Shown here one piece after another: positions 1-9,371 of a DNA stretch of 34,060 nt. How positions within the stretch are numbered: position 1 is the first letter of the stretch; each line of letters starts with the position of its first letter. Source of the DNA: an uncultured Methanosarcinales archaeon (lineage in GTDB: Archaea; Nanobdellota; Nanobdellia; Woesearchaeales; CALCXY01); assembly GCA_964385185.1 (NCBI GenBank), contig CAYLOA010000012.1, positions 1 to 34,060 of the forward strand. The letters run 5' to 3'. The position numbers were made by a program, and so were the translations under genes. Under the pieces are notes generated by a model. The model searched no databases. It was not told the origin of the DNA and worked only from the letters and a program-made list of their open reading frames with translations.

Positions 1-82
1 CATCAGCTATTTTCTTAATACTATCAAGACATTTCTTAATCGTCTTTTCATCATTATGAATAACTAAACAAGCACTAATCAT
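1..82 (-). CDS. GT2 family glycosyltransferase, N-terminal fragment (runs off the left edge)
   Basis: Not in the ORF track. The minus strand from ATG at 82 reads MISACLVIHNDEKTIKKCLDSIKKIAD, a typical GT2 first strand/helix. ATGA overlap with the stop of the upstream GT2 (79-81). Confidence 0.8.
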   Translation of the reverse strand, partial: MISACLVIHNDEKTIKKCLDSIKKIAD

Positions 83-771
83 GAGAATCGAAACCTCACT
101 AAATACCAGACAGCTTTAACACCATCCATCCATGTAATTTTCTTACCTTCTTCAAAACTTCGAGAATAATACTTCACAGGAACTTCAACAATCTTAAACC
201 CAGCCCTAATGACTTTTGCAGTAATTTCTGGTTCTAGATCAAAACGAGTAGATCGTAATGTTATCTTATCCAAAACTTCTTTATCAAACACCTTATAACA
301 AGTTTCCATATCGGTAATATTCTTCCAATACAACAATCGTGTCACAAAACTTAAAAAAATGTTCCCTAAATAATAAAAATTATACCGTGCAGTATGATTC
401 TTCAAAAATCTACTCCCAAAAACAACCTTACTTTTCCCATTAAGTATTGGCTCTAACAATTGCTTATAATCCTCAGGATCATACTCTAAATCTGCATCTT
501 GAATTAACACAATATCTCCAGTTGCCAAAGAAAACCCTTTCCGAACAGCAGTTCCTTTACCACCATTTTTATCTAATTCAAAAATAGTCATATTTCCTAA
601 GTTATGATTTTTCTTATACCCTTTAACCAAATCAACAGTTTTATCCTTACTCCCATCATCAACTACAATTATCTCCTTTTCTAAAGGAATCTTAACAGCA
701 AGCACTTTATCCAATATCTGGATAATAGTCTTCTCTTCGTTATATGCAGGCATAACTATGCTTAATTTCAT
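79..771 (-). CDS. GT2 glycosyltransferase, DPM1-like polyprenyl/dolichyl-phosphate sugar synthase
   Basis: Motifs LSIVMPAYNE, VDDGSKD, NGGKG, QDADLEYDP, DMETCYK. Start moved from 804 to ATG 771 (MKLSIV), 23 nt from the TATA box at 794-801. Confidence 0.9.
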   Translation of the reverse strand: MKLSIVMPAYNEEKTIIQILDKVLAVKIPLEKEIIVVDDGSKDKTVDLVKGYKKNHNLGNMTIFELDKNGGKGTAVRKGFSLATGDIVLIQDADLEYDPEDYKQLLEPILNGKSKVVFGSRFLKNHTARYNFYYLGNIFLSFVTRLLYWKNITDMETCYKVFDKEVLDKITLRSTRFDLEPEITAKVIRAGFKIVEVPVKYYSRSFEEGKKITWMDGVKAVWYLVRFRFS

Positions 772-793
772 ACTACCTTGGAAAACAACATGA

Positions 794-801
794 TTTATAA
801 A
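794..801. promoter_or_regulatory. Palindromic TATA box (TTTATAAA), probably shared by two divergent leaderless genes
   Basis: Its edges are 23 positions from ATG 771 (-) and 23 positions from ATG 824 (+). Confidence 0.7.
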
Positions 802-823
802 CATTACTCATCAATAATCTGGT

Positions 824-2473
824 ATGAAATATCCTAAAAACATCATTAGGAATGGTGCAATTATAGCAATTCTTCTCCTAGCACTCTACACATACAATGT
901 TCAAGTGCCAGATTTATACTTCGATGAAGCAATCTACCACTATCAAGCAAGAGTATTTGTTGAAGAAGGGACGTCTTTATACGATACAGCCATCTGGACA
1001 CCACCATTATTCAATTTCACCACATCCTTAAGTTTCTCATTATTTGGGATAAGTAACCTCTCAACAAGATTTTTCACCATAATAGCAGGACTCTTCACCG
1101 TATGGATTACATACTTATTAGCAAGACTCTATTTTAACAGATCCACAGCAACAGTAGCAGCACTACTCTTAGCAGTATCTCCTATTTTTGTAATCCATTC
1201 AAGAATTGCCATCTTTGATGTAATGTTAACTCTCTTCTCACTCCTAGCAATATTTGCTGTTGAAAAATATCAACTGAAACAAAAGAAACAATGGCTGCTC
1301 TACGCAGCATTATTCTTTAGTCTTTCTTTCCTAACAAAATTCAACGCTATTATCATCTGGTTCTTCTATTGGGCTTTCAAAATCATCTACCCTTTATTAA
1401 AAAAAGACATCAAAGAATTCAAAGAGAATGTCCAACAATGGGCAATCATAAACGCCATGTCAGCAATAATAATTTTCCTAGCGGTATTTATCACAGGAGG
1501 CATAGGAAGAGTCATTGCAATGGCCCATAATGTAGTTCTCCAATTCACCATACAATCAACTCAATTAGAATTTCCAAGATTATACCACTTTGGTGCGTTT
1601 GTTGACTGGCTCAGTCCAGTAGTCTACCCACTATTCATCATATCAATCGCTATCTTTGCATTAACCTGGAAAAAAGAGAAAAAGGGACTCTATCTTATGT
1701 GGTTCTTAACACTCACTCAACTCTTACTCTTAACCTACCTTCCAAGAAAGGCATCAAGGCATTTTATCCCTATGATACCCTTTGTTATGATTGTAATTGC
1801 CTACCATCTCTATCAAGCAAGACATGTGCTCAGCAGAGATCCCATTATTGCAAAAAAAGTATGGTACGGAATAATCTCTTTAATTATAGTCACCAGCCTT
1901 TTATTTAGCCTCATGCAAATAGACAAAGTAAACAGAAATACCTATTGGTCAGACACAGCAGACTTCATTGAATCTAATTATCCCAATACAACAATAATCA
2001 TTAATCAACATGATTATTGGTTTTTAGCAGAAATAAACGACAACCCTGCAATAACTCCTCACTTTCTAGATGAAAAATACATTATTCCAGATATTGACCA
2101 ATTAGTAATCACCACTTTCACTCAAGATGCACATGCAACTCAAGATCATGCCCCCTTAGACAATGATTTAACATTCTTCAATAGAAAAAAGAATACCACA
2201 TCTGAAGAATTTATTACCTATTTAGAAAAGAATGGTGAACGTGTATTCACTGGATACTTTGGAAGACAACCTGCTGTAACGATGTATAAAATCCACACAG
2301 CACCAGAAAAAGAACCAGGTATAAAAATATCAGCTCCACCCCCAGAATCAAAATCATTTGTGCTCAAAGCAATGTGGTCATTACTTTGCACAGCTCATAG
2401 AAGCAATCCATTAGTTGTAGAAAGCCTATTTACTCAAACACTTGCAGAACCATTAAGGCAAAAGTGTGGCTAA
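824..2473 (+). CDS. GT-C fold membrane glycosyltransferase (ArnT/PMT, GT39/GT83-like)
   Basis: Many TM segments. DLYFDE in the first external loop, then PPLF, SR..IFD, LTKFN and RH. Soluble C-terminal domain. Confidence 0.85.
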   Translation: MKYPKNIIRNGAIIAILLLALYTYNVQVPDLYFDEAIYHYQARVFVEEGTSLYDTAIWTPPLFNFTTSLSFSLFGISNLSTRFFTIIAGLFTVWITYLLARLYFNRSTATVAALLLAVSPIFVIHSRIAIFDVMLTLFSLLAIFAVEKYQLKQKKQWLLYAALFFSLSFLTKFNAIIIWFFYWAFKIIYPLLKKDIKEFKENVQQWAIINAMSAIIIFLAVFITGGIGRVIAMAHNVVLQFTIQSTQLEFPRLYHFGAFVDWLSPVVYPLFIISIAIFALTWKKEKKGLYLMWFLTLTQLLLLTYLPRKASRHFIPMIPFVMIVIAYHLYQARHVLSRDPIIAKKVWYGIISLIIVTSLLFSLMQIDKVNRNTYWSDTADFIESNYPNTTIIINQHDYWFLAEINDNPAITPHFLDEKYIIPDIDQLVITTFTQDAHATQDHAPLDNDLTFFNRKKNTTSEEFITYLEKNGERVFTGYFGRQPAVTMYKIHTAPEKEPGIKISAPPPESKSFVLKAMWSLLCTAHRSNPLVVESLFTQTLAEPLRQKCG

Positions 2474-4266
2474 ACAACAGCCAATACTAAACTACCTTCT
2501 CCTTGATGTGCAACTCTAAAAAAACCGGATTGTTGTAACTCTACAATTTTTTCATTCACCAAATCAACACCAAACTCTTTAGCATCCATGGCACCAATAA
2601 CAAGATAATCAAATTCATGATTAATCAAGAAATCTCTATACTTCTCAGGACTTCTCCCAATCCCTTTAGTCTGAAAATCAAGTATAGAATCACAATACGG
2701 ACAAAAGTATTTATCTGATGCAGCCATAGCACCATTTGCAAAGAAAGTAAAAGCAGTAACATCCTTTTGATCTCGTAACCAAAGATAGGTCTCAATCTCT
2801 CCTCCTGACTGCCAAAAAGCTCCAGGAGGCCACTGTGCTGTATTAACCGTATACTTTTGAACACCAGAAGTAAACCAAATACCGAGCACTACAACAATGA
2901 TCAAAGCGATTGCAGGAATATGCACTTTTTTTCCAAAACTAAGCAGTAACCACATACCTTGTGCTGCAAGTAAACAAACAGGGATAGCCAGTAACATCCA
3001 AGTCCTAAAGGGACTGATCTTAATAGGCATGGAAGCTGCATTCACAGCATAAAACATCATAATAAACCAAACTCCAGAAATAATGAGCCACTTCTGATCC
3101 TTAACAGATTTCTTAAACGTCAATACCAAAGCAATAATTCCTAATATAACCAAAATACTCACCACCAATCCAATACCTACGGGACTGTTAATCATATTCT
3201 GTTTTTGAGCTATAACAAAATCACTAATACTATACCCTCGATCTCCTGTTCCTCCGATATCTAAAATACTCGTACCGACAAATCCAACCCCTTTTACAGT
3301 TCCTAATAAACCCCATCGAAGCATGGTAGGACCCCACCAAAGTAAACTCAGTCCAACTCCTAATAATCCTGCAAAAATCTCTGGCTTAAGCAACTTTTTT
3401 TCAAGAACACATTTAGTGACAACATAACCTAAAAATAATAATCCAAAATACGTACTGTGGGTAGGTGTGATAATTAAATTTCCACCTACAGCAAGAGCTG
3501 TAATCCACCACCACTTTTTATCATCTTTAATTTTCTCTGCTGCATAAAAAGCTACAAAATACATCGTAACACTCAAACTAATAGCCCAAATAAAGTGACT
3601 CAAAAATGCAGGAATCATTGCTAAACAAAATGCAGCAAACAAAGCTTTCTTACTACTACCCATAAACTGTCGAGCAAAGAAATAAAAGAATAATGCCCCC
3701 AAACTTACAAATAAAGCGTTAAAAAACTTCAAAGTAAAATACATATCTCCACTGGTTTGATACAGCATTGCTAAAATTAAATCATAACCAGGAGGATAGG
3801 GATCAAAATATTGAAAATACACTTCAGGATTTCTTGGCTCTAATATTGATTTCTCTTGAGCGATATAAGAAACTCCTAATGCATGACTCCAAGGATCGTC
3901 ATCTTCTAAATAAGGATAAGCATGTGCCCCACCCAAATACATATACATACTAAAGATAAAAATAACCAACATAATTCCAGAATACAAACTTTTAGAAGTT
4001 AACTTAAAACCAAATTTTGGCTTCTCTTTATACCAGGAAAACCCAACAACAGCTAATGTAACCAATAAAAATAGCCACCAATGAAGAGGAATATTCAATA
4101 CACTAAATGTCACACCAAGAAGGATAAAAACAGCGATTCCTATTCCTAATCTCATAACCCATCGTTCAACAGGATCTTTGCCTTCTTCTACCTTAATTAA
4201 CCGAGAAACTCCATATCCTAATCCTAACATGTAGACTAAGAACAATATGATAGTAGTTAGACTCAT
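2470..4266 (-). CDS. Multi-pass membrane protein, probable GT-C fold glycosyltransferase
   Basis: More than 12 hydrophobic segments, acidic loop YLEDDDPWSH, then YPPGY. Soluble C-terminal domain with CPYC. Lies in a glycosylation cluster. Confidence 0.65.
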   Translation of the reverse strand: MSLTTIILFLVYMLGLGYGVSRLIKVEEGKDPVERWVMRLGIGIAVFILLGVTFSVLNIPLHWWLFLLVTLAVVGFSWYKEKPKFGFKLTSKSLYSGIMLVIFIFSMYMYLGGAHAYPYLEDDDPWSHALGVSYIAQEKSILEPRNPEVYFQYFDPYPPGYDLILAMLYQTSGDMYFTLKFFNALFVSLGALFFYFFARQFMGSSKKALFAAFCLAMIPAFLSHFIWAISLSVTMYFVAFYAAEKIKDDKKWWWITALAVGGNLIITPTHSTYFGLLFLGYVVTKCVLEKKLLKPEIFAGLLGVGLSLLWWGPTMLRWGLLGTVKGVGFVGTSILDIGGTGDRGYSISDFVIAQKQNMINSPVGIGLVVSILVILGIIALVLTFKKSVKDQKWLIISGVWFIMMFYAVNAASMPIKISPFRTWMLLAIPVCLLAAQGMWLLLSFGKKVHIPAIALIIVVVLGIWFTSGVQKYTVNTAQWPPGAFWQSGGEIETYLWLRDQKDVTAFTFFANGAMAASDKYFCPYCDSILDFQTKGIGRSPEKYRDFLINHEFDYLVIGAMDAKEFGVDLVNEKIVELQQSGFFRVAHQGEGSLVLAVV

Positions 4267-4353
4267 ACTACCTAAGAAAACATTTCTCTTTTTATACCTT
4301 ACGACGTCTGTAGCACCACAACATTTAAATCACCATAAATACCTCTTTCACCC

Positions 4354-5055
4354 ATGATTTCACTATTTTTACCATTCTACAACGAAAAGGATATTGTAGA
4401 AGAAAATACAAAAAAAGTAAGGGATAAACTTAAACAAATGGACATCCCATTTGAGATTATTCTAGTAGATGATGGTTCAACAGACTCCTCAAGTAAAATA
4501 GCAGATGAAGTTGCAGAAAAATACACAGAAGTAACTACAATCCACTATGAAGGAACTCCAACTAGAAGAGAAAACCTAGCTAAATCATTTAAAGAAGCAA
4601 AGGGAGAAACCATAGTCTTTATGGATATTGATCTCTCAACGTCATTAGATCATCTGGAAGGATTAATTGAATCCATAAAAAAGAATGATATAGTAATCGG
4701 TTCAAGAAAAGTTCCTGGATCTCAAACAGATCGAGAATTATTCAGAAAAGCCTTAAGTTTTGGCTACACCAGTTTCGTAAAAACATTATTCAAATCAAAG
4801 ATTCACGATTTCCAATGTGGTTTCAAAGCATTTAGAAAAGATATCATTCTAAACCTCGTAGAAGAAGCGGGTTATGACTCTTCATTAAAGAGAGGCTGGG
4901 CATGGGATGTTGAAATACTCATCAGAGCTGAAAAGAAACATCTCAGAATAAAAGAACTCCCTGTCAAATGGACTTGTGGAACAAACTCTTCATTAAACAT
5001 CAAAAGAGAATTGAATGTTATTCCTTATTTTCTAGAATTAAAAAAGAGGTTGTAA
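4354..5055 (+). CDS. GT2 dolichyl-phosphate glucosyltransferase-like (Alg5/DPM1-like)
   Basis: SLFLPFYNE, VDDGSTD, MDIDLS, DFQCGFKAF, WAWDVEIL. TATA-like TTTAAAT at 4324-4330. Confidence 0.88.
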   Translation: MISLFLPFYNEKDIVEENTKKVRDKLKQMDIPFEIILVDDGSTDSSSKIADEVAEKYTEVTTIHYEGTPTRRENLAKSFKEAKGETIVFMDIDLSTSLDHLEGLIESIKKNDIVIGSRKVPGSQTDRELFRKALSFGYTSFVKTLFKSKIHDFQCGFKAFRKDIILNLVEEAGYDSSLKRGWAWDVEILIRAEKKHLRIKELPVKWTCGTNSSLNIKRELNVIPYFLELKKRL

Positions 5056-5067
5056 ACACTATGCACC

Positions 5068-5466
5068 TCATGGTTCCTGATACATTCTTTCAACCTTACA
5101 TCCTAAATCAGAAAATACAGTAGTTACTCTCGAAACTTCAGCTTTGCTTGTGAGAGCTAGAAAATGAATATCATATTGCTCTAGATATTCTCTAGCAACC
5201 CTTTTTAAAATATTAGCAGCGGCACCATGATTGGTACTCTGTTCTGAATTGCTTGAACCCTGTCCTACAACATGAGTAAGAAAATACTTAGTATTGGTAG
5301 GGGCAGTCCAAACATAGGACAGAAAATGTTCAACATTCTTCAAAAAAAATCCTTCTCCTCTCAGTGTTTTTTTTACAAGACCGATATTAGTATAATCAAA
5401 TCTTGATGAATCCCTTCCAAATCTATTCACATCATCTGGTGTAGCTACAATAACCTCTGGTGCCAT
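5068..5466 (-). CDS. Hypothetical protein (132 aa)
   Basis: Fills the gap between two clear genes, ATG start, AT-rich upstream region. No motif recognised. Confidence 0.6.
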   Translation of the reverse strand: MAPEVIVATPDDVNRFGRDSSRFDYTNIGLVKKTLRGEGFFLKNVEHFLSYVWTAPTNTKYFLTHVVGQGSSNSEQSTNHGAAANILKRVAREYLEQYDIHFLALTSKAEVSRVTTVFSDLGCKVERMYQEP

Positions 5467-5580
5467 ATATGCTATTATATTTTCTTAAGCTTAAAAATTT
5501 ATCGAAACATTATAGTGTAAAAAGTATAAAATTTGTATACCTCCCAAACACTTAAAAAGAATCAAACCCTCCATCTTAGA

Positions 5581-6849
5581 ATGAACATTGCTGTTGTCGG
5601 TGGGGGAATAATTGGTCTTTCTCTAGCATATGAACTCTTAAAAAAAGGAGAACAAGTAACGCTTATAGAGAAAAATAATATTGGCGGTCTATTAGAACCT
5701 GTAAAAATAGGAAACACTGAATTAGAAAAATACTACCACCATTTCTTCCTCTCAGATAAAGAAGTTTTTGAATATATCAAAGAACTCAATCTTAAAGACA
5801 AATTAATCAAAAAGAACACTCCAATGGGATTCTATGTAGACAATAAACTCTACAACTTCTCATCACCTTTATCCTTACTACAATTCTCACCGTTATCCTT
5901 CATAGACAGAATAAAACTAGGACTAAGCATTGTCTACTTCCAAAAATGTTCTTCAAAAGGATTAGACAAACTTACTGTTGGACAATGGATGAAAAAACAT
6001 AATCTTATGCAACCTTACAATGTAGTCTGGAAACCCTTACTAATTGCAAAATTCGGAAAAGAACACTACAATAACATCCCTTGCTCTTGGCTCTGGGGAA
6101 GAATTAATCAAAGATCAAAATCAAGAGAATTCCTTAAAGAAAAACTCTGCTATCTAAAAGGATCATACATGACCTTAATCCATTCCTTAGAAAAATCGTG
6201 TAAAGACAAAGGACTAACAATCATAAAAGAAGAGGTCACATCACTTAAGGAAAATAAGGACCAAATTTCAGTAAAAACAAAAACACAACATACCTTTGAC
6301 AAAGTTATTCTCACAATACCTGCACCCATTATTGAAAATATCGTTCCGAAAAATAAACAAAAAGAATTCTCCTCCAATATAGAATACAAAGGAGTTGTTT
6401 GTGCCATTGCAGTGCTTAAAAAATCACTCTCACCATACTATTGGATAAATGTCTCAGATAAACGAGTAAAAACATCAGGAATAATTGAACACACCAATTT
6501 TATAGAAAAAGAACAATACGGAAAACATCTAGCATACCTATTCAACTATGAAGATCAATCTTCAACATTCCTAAACTCATCAGATGAAAAAATAAGAAAA
6601 CAATACAAAAATGACATTAAAACAGTCTTTCCAACTTATGACCAAAAAAACATTGAAAAAATAATTGTTTCAAAAGCAAAGTTCGCAACACCGTTATTTG
6701 ACATGGATTATCAACATAAAATACCACCTACAAAAACTTCAATTCCAAACTTATTCATCTGTAACATGACTCAAATCTACCCAGAAGACAGAAACGTTGC
6801 ACATTCAATTAGAGTTGCAAAAAAAGCCTTACCTATTATTCTAAACTAA
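5581..6849 (+). CDS. FAD-dependent oxidoreductase, protoporphyrinogen-oxidase/amine-oxidase-like family
   Basis: Rossmann motif MNIAVVGGGIIG, GG motif (EKNNIGGL), EKYYHH, IIEHTNF, QIYPEDR. Start moved to ATG 5581, 23 nt after CTTAAAAA (5551-5558). Confidence 0.85.
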   Translation: MNIAVVGGGIIGLSLAYELLKKGEQVTLIEKNNIGGLLEPVKIGNTELEKYYHHFFLSDKEVFEYIKELNLKDKLIKKNTPMGFYVDNKLYNFSSPLSLLQFSPLSFIDRIKLGLSIVYFQKCSSKGLDKLTVGQWMKKHNLMQPYNVVWKPLLIAKFGKEHYNNIPCSWLWGRINQRSKSREFLKEKLCYLKGSYMTLIHSLEKSCKDKGLTIIKEEVTSLKENKDQISVKTKTQHTFDKVILTIPAPIIENIVPKNKQKEFSSNIEYKGVVCAIAVLKKSLSPYYWINVSDKRVKTSGIIEHTNFIEKEQYGKHLAYLFNYEDQSSTFLNSSDEKIRKQYKNDIKTVFPTYDQKNIEKIIVSKAKFATPLFDMDYQHKIPPTKTSIPNLFICNMTQIYPEDRNVAHSIRVAKKALPIILN

Positions 6850-8437
6850 CACATTTCCTATCAATCTGTCCTTTCAAACGTGAAGGCAACAGTCCTAACT
6901 TTCCATCTAACTTCTCACAAAAATACCTAAAAAAATCCTCCTTCTTGTCTGCATTAGCAAAGAAAGTATACTCTTCTTGAGGAATCTCTCCAACAGTTTC
7001 TAATTGATACAACCAGAGACATGGAGTTCCTTGACAATCTACTGATTTTACCAAAGTCCCCTCACGTTTAACGTATTCCTCAAGTGCAGGAAAAGGAACT
7101 TCTCGATCTAACAAATACAAAGGATATCCTAAAAAGTAAATATCAGTTTTCAAAGGCTCAGAATACAATAAACTACTACCAATAGAAAAATCAGCAATCA
7201 AATAATAATCACCATCAACAAGCTCATCACCTGATTTAATAATTTCAACGTTTTGTGAAGTATAAAATGACTCAAACCCTCCTGTCCCAGTAGTGCTTGC
7301 TAATGAATGATAAGGGAAAGTATACTTAACACTAATATCCGATGGCAAACTATCTACAAATTCTCCCATCTCACTCCAAGGAGTATAAGAAATATTCTCT
7401 GAAATGGCAGCAACTGTCCAAACTGCAGGATAAAAAATCATTAACCCAATGACAACACCGAAAAACACTTTATTCTTATGAGGAACGAGTTTCATAACCG
7501 TTCGAGAAACCAACATGATAGTAAAAGGAATAATCAAAACTAAATGTCTTACACTACTCCTACCTTGTAATAAGGTAACAACAATAAATGAGACTACCAA
7601 AAAAACCAACAATCCATCTTTATGTTCTTTACTTTTCCACAAATACAATATACCAATCAACACAACCAAAAATAACAAAGGACTCAACCCTTGATAAAAT
7701 AACATAAGCACATAATAAAACGGATCAGAACTTAATACACTTTGAATTACAGAAAGATACACAAAACCATAAGATAAAGCAAAGATATTCTGAGGTTTAA
7801 ATCCAGTAGCAACAAGTAATAAACCAATAGCAGTAAGTGTAACATAGAGTTGCCTGAAAAAATGCAACTTGAAATACTTCCATCTATCCTTAACGTTAAT
7901 CATCCTCAAAAATACAAAAATAAAATACAAAGCAACTAATGTTAATGCACTAAATTTAGTCAACATTGCCAAACCAAAAAATAATCCAACAACATACCAA
8001 GGATATTCCTCTTCATAGCAATAAATAACAATTACAGAAAGTAAAGTAACAATAATTTCAACAAATGCAGATCGACTAAACAAGACATGGATAGGAACTA
8101 CAGCCATTAAAGCTGCAGCAAGTAAACTGGTCTTTTCATCATACCATTTCCGCATAATAAGATATACAATACCAACTGTAATCACTCCAAAAAGAGCTTC
8201 CATAATACGAACGGTAAATGTACTTATTCCAAAAAGATACATAGGAATGGCTTGTATCCACATAGCAAGTGGAGGTGGCTGAGCCAAAACAACCTCCCAA
8301 AGGCTTTCACCCTCTAAAAAGAGAGAAACTACGTTCAAATAACCATGTTCATCATAATAAAGATCCTGTCCTCCAAGCAAAACCACTCGAAATAACAGTG
8401 CAAGCACCAAAATAAGCCAAATATACCTTTTATTCAT
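6836..8437 (-). CDS. GT-C fold membrane glycosyltransferase (ArnT/PMT-like), paralog of 824..2473
   Basis: DLYYDE, PPPL, SRSAFVE, LTKFS, RH. Many TM segments and a C-terminal Cys pair like the paralog. Confidence 0.85.
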   Translation of the reverse strand: MNKRYIWLILVLALLFRVVLLGGQDLYYDEHGYLNVVSLFLEGESLWEVVLAQPPPLAMWIQAIPMYLFGISTFTVRIMEALFGVITVGIVYLIMRKWYDEKTSLLAAALMAVVPIHVLFSRSAFVEIIVTLLSVIVIYCYEEEYPWYVVGLFFGLAMLTKFSALTLVALYFIFVFLRMINVKDRWKYFKLHFFRQLYVTLTAIGLLLVATGFKPQNIFALSYGFVYLSVIQSVLSSDPFYYVLMLFYQGLSPLLFLVVLIGILYLWKSKEHKDGLLVFLVVSFIVVTLLQGRSSVRHLVLIIPFTIMLVSRTVMKLVPHKNKVFFGVVIGLMIFYPAVWTVAAISENISYTPWSEMGEFVDSLPSDISVKYTFPYHSLASTTGTGGFESFYTSQNVEIIKSGDELVDGDYYLIADFSIGSSLLYSEPLKTDIYFLGYPLYLLDREVPFPALEEYVKREGTLVKSVDCQGTPCLWLYQLETVGEIPQEEYTFFANADKKEDFFRYFCEKLDGKLGLLPSRLKGQIDRKCVSLE

Positions 8438-8457
8438 ATAGAACAGAGTTCAGAAAC

Positions 8458-8465
8458 TTATATAA
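8458..8465. promoter_or_regulatory. Palindromic TATA box (TTATATAA) between divergent GT-C and GT2 genes
   Basis: 21 positions from ATG 8437 (-) and 24 from ATG 8489 (+), within a 51-nt intergenic gap. Confidence 0.65.
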
Positions 8466-8488
8466 ATAGCTTCTCATTCAATATTACT

Positions 8489-9367
8489 ATGAAAATCGTT
8501 GTTTCCATACCTGCATACAATGAAGAGAAATCACTACCGAAGGTAATCGAAGAAGCACAAAAAGTCATGAAAACCACAAAATATGACTTTATTATCCAAG
8601 TAGTGGATGACGGCTCTACAGACAAAACTGCTGAAGTAGCTAAAAAGGCAGGTGCCATTGTATATTCACATCCTGGAAACTACGGTTTAGCTGAATCCTT
8701 CCGAACTGAAATTCACCATGCATTAGCAAATAAGGCAGATATCATAATCCATACAGACGCAGATGGCCAATACCAAGCTACAGACATTCCAAAATTAATC
8801 AAAGGAATTGAACATGGATATGATTTAGTCCTAGGAAACAGATTCAAAGGAAAGATTGAATCCATGCCAATCACAAAAAGATTAGGTAATAAAGCATTCT
8901 CAAGAGCAATCTCCAGAATTATTGGAAGAAAAATAGGAGATGCACAAACAGGTTTTAGAGCATTCACAAAAGAAGTTGCAAAATTACCAATTATCTCTAA
9001 TCATACCTACACACAGGAGCAAATTATTAGAGCAGTAAGATCAAAATTCAAACTAGCAGAAGTAGGAGTTTATTTTGCAAAAAGAGATGGTAAAAGTAGA
9101 TTGATGAAAAATCCTTTAGAGTATGCTTTCAAAGCTTGGATAAACATTTTTAGAATCTACCGAGATTATGAACCATTAAAATTCTTCGGAAAGATTGGAT
9201 TATTCTTTTTCATACCAGCAGTAGCTGCAGGTGTTTGGCTGTTATGGCTCTTCTCAAAATTCGGAGTAATTGGAAAAACACCTACTATTATGTTAGTTGT
9301 TTTACTTATGGGTATTTCAGTCCAAATTTGGTTGTTTGGTTTCTTGGCAGATATGCAGAGGAAATAA
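8489..9367 (+). CDS. GT2 DPM1/AglJ-like glycosyltransferase with two C-terminal TM helices
   Basis: SIPAYNEE, VDDGSTD, TDADGQY, DAQTGFRAF and a C-terminal hydrophobic hairpin. Confidence 0.9.
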   Translation: MKIVVSIPAYNEEKSLPKVIEEAQKVMKTTKYDFIIQVVDDGSTDKTAEVAKKAGAIVYSHPGNYGLAESFRTEIHHALANKADIIIHTDADGQYQATDIPKLIKGIEHGYDLVLGNRFKGKIESMPITKRLGNKAFSRAISRIIGRKIGDAQTGFRAFTKEVAKLPIISNHTYTQEQIIRAVRSKFKLAEVGVYFAKRDGKSRLMKNPLEYAFKAWINIFRIYRDYEPLKFFGKIGLFFFIPAVAAGVWLLWLFSKFGVIGKTPTIMLVVLLMGISVQIWLFGFLADMQRK

Positions 9368-9371
9368 ACAA

